From: Ginglymostoma cirratum
Lineage: Eukaryota
DNA: 64,000 nucleotides
Direction of reading: 5' to 3'
Assembly: GCA_024137785.1 (NCBI GenBank)
Contig: JAHRHZ010000002.1
Location: forward strand, 18,929,760-18,993,759
Within the stretch, counting starts at the first letter, position 1. Each line of letters starts with the position of its first letter. Position numbers and translations under genes: made by a program. The notes under the pieces are model-generated. The model was given only the letters and a program-made list of their open reading frames with translations. It ran no database searches and was not told the DNA's origin. Positions 11,821-64,000 of this stretch are shown piece after piece.

Positions 11821-12030
11821 AACAACATGTAGAGGTAAATGAACACAGCAGGCCAAGCAGCATCAGAGGAGCAGAAAAGCTGACATTTCGGGCCGAGACC
11901 TTCGTCAGATTTTCTGAAGAAGGGTCTTAGGCCTGAAACGTCAGCTTTCCTGCTCCTCTGATGCTGCTTAGCCTGCTGTGTTCATCCAGCTCTACACCTT
12001 GTTATCTCAGATTCTCCAGCATCCGCAGTT
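11821..12030. mobile_element. Palindromic Penelope-derived mini-element (family B) with back-to-back hammerhead-like cores
   Basis: Arm 11821-11909 is the near reverse complement of 11913-12003. Core on +: CTGAAGA(11914-11920) AGGGTCTTAGGCCT GAAAC GTC. Core on -: CTGACGA AGGTCTCGGCCC GAAAT GTC (11881-11908). Confidence 0.75.
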
Positions 12031-12185
12031 CTTACTGAGTAAGTTAATCTGTTTTTACACTCTCCCCATAGTGCTCACACCTTGGCTGGAACCAAAAGTC
12101 AGATAATTTGCAAACATGCAGATGATTAGTGAGCTTTGTGAATCTGTAAAGGATGTATACAAGCAAGACATCTAGAATTACAATT

Positions 12186-12442
12186 AGAATTAGAATCCCT
12201 ACAGTGTGGAAACAGGCCCTTCGGCCCAACAAGTCCACACCGAACCTCGGAGTATCCCAACCACACCCATCCCCTTGTAACCCACCCCTGAACACTACGG
12301 GCAATTTAGCATGGCCAATCCACCTAACCTGCACATCTTTGGACTGTGCAAACTCCATACAGACAGTCACCCAAGGCTGGAATCAAACCTGGTCCCTGGC
12401 GCTGTAAGGCAGCAGTGCTAACCACTAAGCCACCATGCCACC
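12186..12442 (-). mobile_element. HE1-type SINE
   Basis: The reverse complement has a tRNA-like head tggcatggtggcttagtggttagcactgctgcc...ggtttgattcc and the caaagatgtgcaggttaggtggattggccatgctaaattgccc body. Confidence 0.88.
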
Positions 12443-12949
12443 CCATCTAAACAGAGGAGAGATATTCCACCACACCACTTGGCAGCTGTTCCTTCACTGG
12501 TCTGGACCACAAGTCCAGAATTATCTTTCCGTTTCTTCACACCCTTTCTATGTGACCTTCCAAAAAAAAAACCGTACTGACATTTTTTTTAAAAACATGG
12601 TTTGATGTCTTTTTTGGCTGATAAGGCTGGGGCTTTTGCATATTTTACTACATTGAAGGCGCCACATTAATGCCACCTGTTGTTCTTGTAACAAGTGATA
12701 ATAGCAATCAACCTCATCAGGTGGCTGAGAAGATGCTTTCACTATCCTGCTCCTTTTTGAGGGCTGGTTTTCCCCATTGGTAGACTGTGTTTAGTCTTAA
12801 TCTCTCAGCTGAGCTGTACAACCTACACCTACACCTGGCAGCAGTTCCCTGTTGATCAGTTGCGCCTCAGGCATTTGTTGGAATATTTTACACTTGGGTA
12901 CAGCCCCAACAAAACTAAAGGTGGTCAGTGGCATCCAGGGCAAAGTAGA

Positions 12950-13300
12950 CCCCTTGATTGGTGGTGGAAAGAATGCCAGTGTACCTACAAGATGCATTGC
13001 AGCAACATGCCAAGGCACCTCAAACAATACTCACCAAATCGACCACGTAGAAGGACAAAGGCACAAGTGCATTGAAAAACCACCACCTGCAAGTTTCCCT
13101 TCAAGCTACACATCTTGATTCGGAACTATTATGACCATTCCTTTTTCATCACAGATCAAAATCACTGAGTATACCTGCAACAACCAGACTGCAGTGGTTC
13201 AAGGAGGCAGCTCACAATCACTTTTTCAAGGGCAATTGGGGAGAGTAAAAAATGCTGACGCAGCCAGTCACATCCACATTCTGTGAATAAATAAAAATAA
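12950..13300 (+). mobile_element. LINE 3' fragment
   Basis: tacaagatgcattgcagcaac...gcagtggttcaaggaggcagctcac...gggcaattgggg; same family as 23045-23475. Confidence 0.7.
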
Positions 13301-14409
13301 CAACCACCAATAACACATCCTATTTGATTTGATCAGCTAGCTGCTAGGACAAAGGGCCCACTTATGTGGCATTGCATTGGCACAGAAATTCATACACAAT
13401 ATTGCTCTGTGTGGTACGCAGAACTACTTTTTGGACTGTGAATCAAGTTTACAGCCTTGGTGTTGTGAAGCTGCAGCCACATATACCTGAAATACTTGAT
13501 ACAAATTAATATTGAAGTCTTACTGTTATTTAAAAACCTGTTTCTAATATTAGAATTTTGTACAGTTCAGATCAATTGTGGGAATGTTGTAAAGAAAACA
13601 TAAGTTGATTCAGGTTAAGGACCACCAATCCATTGACCTCCAACATTCAGAATCTTTTGTGGGGAATGGAGTTTCAGATTCTATGACCTTTCCTGTAAAA
13701 GTTCTTCCTGTCTGCCCTTCTGAATTACCTATTGAACGATAGAAATGATACAGCACAGATGGGGGGTCATCTTTTCCAAGCTGACCAAAAACACCCAGAT
13801 CCCTTTCTAATCCCATCTTCCTGCATATGGCCCATAACCCTGCATCTTACAACACTTGAAGTGTGGATTCAGGTGCTCGAGTTTAGGGTCTCCATCTCCA
13901 CCAAGTCAGGCAGCAAGTTCGAGACACCACCAGCCTGCGTTTAAAAAAGGTTACATCCCCTCGAATCCTTTTGTCACTCTATATAATCTATAACTCCTAG
14001 TTTTTGAACGCTACCCAGCTCTAAGTTGTTAATGACCCTTCTTCCGAATTCCCTTGCAAGACCTGGTATATTTAGGTCTGGAATGATTGGAAAAGGTTAA
14101 CACTTCACTGAGCACAATAAGTATCACACACTGAGGGGATGCCAAGATAACCTGGTGAAATTTAAGTCGGATCTTGAGAAAGACCCAAGTTTATACTTAT
14201 GGTAATGTACAGCCTGTTTTTCTTTATAAACTGGAACTAGTTGGAGACAGGCATAAACTACATCTTGTTTATTCTACAAGATTCTTCTCCTTAGACCAGA
14301 CACACACTATATCAGCTCTCAAAAGGAACTCACACACTTAAGGTATAAAGGCAGATCACAAGTAGTTTTCCTATCTTGCTTTAATTTCTTCGTGGCTGTT
14401 TGATGATTA

Positions 14410-14870
14410 AAAAAAAACACTCATGGGAATGGGCATAGGTAGTTGGTCTGCATTCATTACACCATCCCTAATTACACTTGAGGTGGTGGCAGCAGTGAGT
14501 TACCTTCTTGAACTGCTGCCATCCATATGGTTTAGGTAAACCCACATTGCTCTTAGGGAGGGAATTCCAAGATTTTGGTCCACTTGCTGTGAAGGAATGG
14601 CAAAATATTTCCAAGTCAGGATGGTGAGTGGTTTGGAGGGGAACCTGCAAGTTGCGAGGTTCCCAAGTATCTGTTGCCCTTGTCCTTCTAAATGGAAGTG
14701 GTTGTCTTTTCGTGAATTCCTGCAGTGCATCTTATAGATGGTTCACACTGCTGCTACTGAGCACGCGTGGTTGGTTCTGGTGGATGTGATACCAGTCGAA
14801 TGTGCTGTTTTCTTCCGGATGGTGTCAAGCATTGACTGCATGGTGCAGCTCCAACAACACATGGGGAGGA
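14410..14870 (-). mobile_element. LINE 3' fragment
   Basis: Homologous to 10280-10660 (atttccaagtcaggatggtgagtg, tgcccttgtccttctaaatgg). Confidence 0.75.
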
Positions 14871-15859
14871 TACTGGGTTACTGATCTTAGTAATCTCTCC
14901 AGCCACACACCCCTCCAAGATATCTACAATGCTCCAATTCCAGCCTTTTGAGCATTCCTGGCTTTTAAAAGCTTTACCATTGATGACCATGCTTTTAGCT
15001 ACCCAAAGCCAAAGCTCTGGAATTCCCTCCCTCTGTACACTTATCTTCTTAAACATTGCCCCTTTGACCAGACTGTCACAGTATCTCACATGGCTATGGT
15101 AAGAATCACTCCTCCTGAGCAGTGTGGCAAGATGCTACTTAATGGCAGTTTCTGGTGGTCTGCATGTACTGCCCATCAGCCATCAGGACAGTCTGAGGTC
15201 TTTCTGCTTCTTCCTCCAGATGGAGGCTTGACCATTCCCCATCTACTAGCCCCCTCTAATTGGCTGAACCTATTCTCATGAAACTAACATCACTGGTCCA
15301 CCAAGTAAAATGGCTACAGGTACACACCTATGCCATAACTGTGCTGTACTTCAGTGGATTGTGGATAGATGCTCATTTCAGTCTTATTTATTCAGATCTC
15401 CCTAGCCTTGTGAAAAATTTTACCACCACAGAAGTTAATTGGAAGTTCTCCCTTTATTTCATACTATCCCCTTACAGGAAATATTTAATTCCTCCATCAC
15501 CTTAAAGATAGAGCTAATTTGTTCATGTATTTGGTGGAGCAGGCTCAAGGTATCAAGTGACCCATTTCAGCACCTAATAGAGAGGTCCGTGGGGATGGAT
15601 CGCATGTTTCCTGCTGAAGATAAAGGATAACTGGATATTTTTGAGCAGGAGATGAAAAATGTGGAGATGTGAATCCAGGATTAGCCAACTGAATATAGCC
15701 AGTGCAGACAGCAAACCAAATTAGAGGCAGTCTTGCATGTTACGTGCATTGCTGTTTAGAATTCACACTTGTCCCCCCTTGCCCAAAGTTTCATTTTACA
15801 AAGAAAGTTGCAATTTAAAAATATAGGTGAGGAGCAAGTTTGCTGCAGCCCTAGGAACA

Positions 15860-18800
15860 GCCAGTTTTTATTAGGATTATAAATTACACTGTGTGACAGT
15901 ACATGAAACTGGAGCCAGGTAAACGATGCAGCAGATAGAACTTTCAACTCGTGACATTTCACACAACAATTCCAGCCCATCACAAATTAGGTCACACACA
16001 ATCACCAAAAGGATTTTGTTTCTCTTTCCCACCCCCCACCCCATTTTCTCTCCCCCACTTTGTTTGCATTTTCTCCTTCCCCCTCGTTTGAACATCAGAA
16101 GTTTACAAATAGTGATAGAATGGTACAAAAGCTGGTGGGGCTTTTTGTATCCCTTGCATTTTACATTGTAAAGCTGTTGGCTGACTATGGTTTTAAACTA
16201 GAGTTGACCACAACTTGTGGAAAACTGGTCATCCATGTATGCTGCCCCTAGTGTGCACTGTACTGTCTTCCCCTCTTGCACTAACTTGGTTAATTAATGG
16301 AAAATGATGCAATTCAAATCAGTAAGCAGCACGCATTTGAACACTTTAAAAGGAACTAATAGCCCAAACGGAGTACACACCGCAGATTTTTTCCATTTTG
16401 GACTTTGTCACAGCAGGTCTGACACGTCAAGTGTCCTGAAGCAGCCTCACTGCTTTACCTGGAACCTTAGTAGCATCTCAACTGACAAGCATCCGATATT
16501 CATAATGAGTATTAAGTTTTTGCCACAATAGCTTAATAGAAATCACTCTGCAGTGAGGATTGCAATGTTTTCTTTATTAAGAAAAGCATTAGGCAAGGAG
16601 CATATGCTGTTTTTGTAACCTATGAGTTCTGTACCCTTAACCAGGAAGACCAAACTGAAAGAAAGTCAGATATTGGTTTGATATTGTACAAATATAGCAT
16701 AACGACAACCAAGATGGAAATGCAATGAACTGCTCTGTAATTTGAACTAGTATAACAAAGGATATCCTGGCATTTGATGTCTATCTCTGGTCCTAACAAC
16801 AACAGGCCACATGCTGTTTGGTTGTGAATATTCTATGTGCTGGCTTTGCCAATGCCCTGAAAAAGTGTTCAGCGTGGCAACAGGTGAAGAAACATACCAT
16901 TGATAAAGGAAGCTCACCTAAGCTTCCTCTCGCCAGCAGTCCTCCAGTATCAGGTTTGCCATTGGTAGCGATATTGGGAAGTGCTAAACCTCCAGGCGTT
17001 TTGAATCAGAAGGTGGTGACCTAAAAATAACTTAGGAATTCTCCACAGTGACACTAGAATTTAAAAAACGTGTGTCCTGAACGCTCATTTTCTACTCCTA
17101 AAGATAGCAAGTCAGCCTCTCGTTTCTGTCAGGATATTGTTCAATTGGACATTTGTAAATGGGAGAAAAAAACGGTGCACTCAGGGCACAAAACAAGCAA
17201 TATTGCACAGCAACATAGTATGCAGTTTGAGAGTCAGATAAAACCCTACATTATTTACTTTGAAATGTCCAACAGTTGTGTCACAGTTTCAAACTGCATC
17301 GTTAAAGCAGAGATGAAGAAGTCTTAGAGTAATGACTTACTCCTACCTTTCAGATTATTGGCTTCCTTTTCTTGTTACTGTGTAACATTCACTTACTGAA
17401 CGCTCCCCTTCCCGCCCAAGCCTCCGGAGTTGCCACTATACTGAATTGAGAACTTACAAGGGCATAAGTAACCATGGAAGATTAGGGCTTTCCCATCCAC
17501 ATATCATATCCAACCAATTTCCACCCACCCATCAGCTGTCCCCTCTGATAGGAAGGTGCAACTCTCAAATCCTATTCCTGGATATTATCTATAGATAATA
17601 GAATCTATCTGCCATCGCTCGCTCTATCAAAACAGAGTCACTGCTATGGATTTCCTCAATTAACTAGGCTAACTTTGAGAAGTACTTTTTAAGTAGGAAA
17701 CCTGTGACACTGGGAAGGGTTGAATTTTCAAGACAATGCATTACCTTTCCTTGCAGTGGTCACTGGGTCAGGCAAGGGCTCTCCAAAGCAACATATTTTC
17801 TCCTGAGAGTTTTGTTCTGCACACAAAAGCCGTTAGTCTTCCCTCTGAACTATTCCAAAGAAAAGATTTCAGTTACTTCTGCCAAGAATCTCTTCCATAT
17901 ATCAGAAGACTCTACCCTTCCTTCCTCACCCTCACAAAGCAGCAAGGAAAACTGTAGGCAGAAATTGACAGATTGTCAGATTCTGGACAGGACTTGGGTG
18001 TCTTGCACACAGTCAACTAGAGGGAGTGATCTATTAAATTCCCCTCACACCAAATCTAGACATTGGCAACTTGTGCAGGTCAGTGTAGATGCCAGCAGTA
18101 GCTTCCAGTGCTGGGTTGAGCAACGGTGTACCAGAGATAAAGACTGAATGAGGCCATGTTTGGTAAGAGGATACTCCTCCACACTGACAGTAGAGCAGAA
18201 AATTGTCACCCACTCAGTTCACAGAACCTGCAACTAATTCACATTCTCCTGGTAGTGACGCATCAGAAAGTGGGAAGTGGAGGGTGGGGCAGGGAAATGA
18301 ACACTGTACTCCCTTCACTCTCAGCTGCAAAGCTAACACCACAGCCTACAAGGTGGATGATCTCAATTACGGCACAACAGACAACATCATTGGACAACCA
18401 ATGTATTTATTAGTTTTTCCTCAGCTCACTTTTTATTATTAATCTAAACTTGCTTCATTCCACTGCAGCAATAACCACTTCTAATTTAAACAGGAACAGC
18501 ATCACAATTTCACCTCACCACCTGCCCATCCCCACTACTGCAGCGCTTTAAGAGCAGCACTGTTGTACAGGGGGAAAAACTACAACTAGTTAATGTTCAA
18601 CTCTGTGACAACATCTGTGCTTTGGCAATACTGGCTGCATACAGCAACCAAGAGGGAAAGGAAAAGCTCAACAAACATTTAAAAAGCCACTTTGAGGGCT
18701 TTGTAAAATTGGCGACTGGGCCTGCGGGTGGAAGGACAGTATATAAAGGGAAAGAAGAAAAAAAATTGGAGAACATTTTGTTGATCTGGAGTGTATTATG

Positions 18801-19421
18801 TTGCTCAGCACCACCAAACTTGTGTCTTAACAGCCACAAAGTAAAAAAAACAGTAACGGAAATAGTAATTTGTACCCATCTACCACTATTTAAAAACATT
18901 CATAACCGTTCTTTTTATAACATCGACAAGACAGAAGCCCAATTAGATCTGTCTGTAGTCATTTTGAAATGTTCAACTTATCACATGGCCATTTTACTCT
19001 AAACACCTTGTGTTCAAACCAATTCTAGTCATTATATGCTCTGTCCCTCAACAAAGAAAGCAGCTGCCTTATAAGGGATTGGCATTTATTAAGTGGATCT
19101 ACAAGGACTTACTAGTTACCAATAAGATGAATGCTTCATTATGGTAGAGAAATCTAGACCTCTCTTTTCTTATAAAGGACTTATTAGCCTCTTCCTTCCC
19201 CCAATTCCTTCCTGCCAGTTCAGCTTCACACTCAATCCAGTTATTGCTGCTGGAGTTGGCTCTCTTACGTTTTTGCAAAACAACTCGTGTAGTCCACTGA
19301 AATCAGTAATGTTTTGTCTTTAAGAAAAAAAAAGCCATTTTCCTTTTGAGACAGACAAATGAAGCCCCTTAAGAGACGTAGATTTCTTCAGTTTTGAGAG
19401 GCTGCAGTCTCCGGCCACTGG
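15860..19421 (-). other. PRRC2A: Probable long 3' UTR of PRRC2A with several AATAAA signals (19085, 18432, 18406, 16573, 15867)
   Basis: Follows the stop at 19422. About 3.5 kb with no recognisable TE in a TE-dense region; tttatt on + at the listed positions. The true 3' end cannot be determined here. Confidence 0.55.
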
Positions 19422-63914
<44,493 letters not shown>

Positions 63915-64000
63915 CTAAAAAGACATAGTTATTGAGTTTAAGCTATTAGGAATTTTACCCCAGTGATAAGTGTTAGGTGGAGGGGTGGGTTGGTGGGGAG

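Overview
Vertebrate genomic DNA, most likely a shark, inferred from the HE1-type SINEs, Deu-domain SINEs, CR1/L2 LINEs and Penelope remnants. The gene pair points to the MHC class III region. The + strand carries an intronless C6orf47 (G4/DUF4661) homologue at ~251-1177, ending in a 16 x 15-nt coding repeat. The - strand carries the 3' part of a large PRRC2A (BAT2) gene: I traced 23 coding exons from 63914 down to a stop at 19422, all with GT-AG boundaries and consistent phase, 6015 nt or about 2004 aa. Its 5' exons lie beyond the window. The protein looks PRRC2A-like centrally but keeps modules I recall only from PRRC2B/C, including the C-terminus. The most unusual non-coding signal is a set of short Penelope-derived elements, several palindromic, carrying minimal hammerhead-ribozyme cores (CUGANGA-A-stem II-GAAAC-GU-H) at ~11.9, 20.1, 27.05, 45.1 and 51.8 kb; one is an 84-bp insert between 11-bp target-site duplications. 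Other points of note: a triplicated 5' splice site, no recognisable BAG6/APOM between the two genes, and triple-nested LINEs. All family assignments are from recall and manual reading; no searches were run, and repeat boundaries are approximate.
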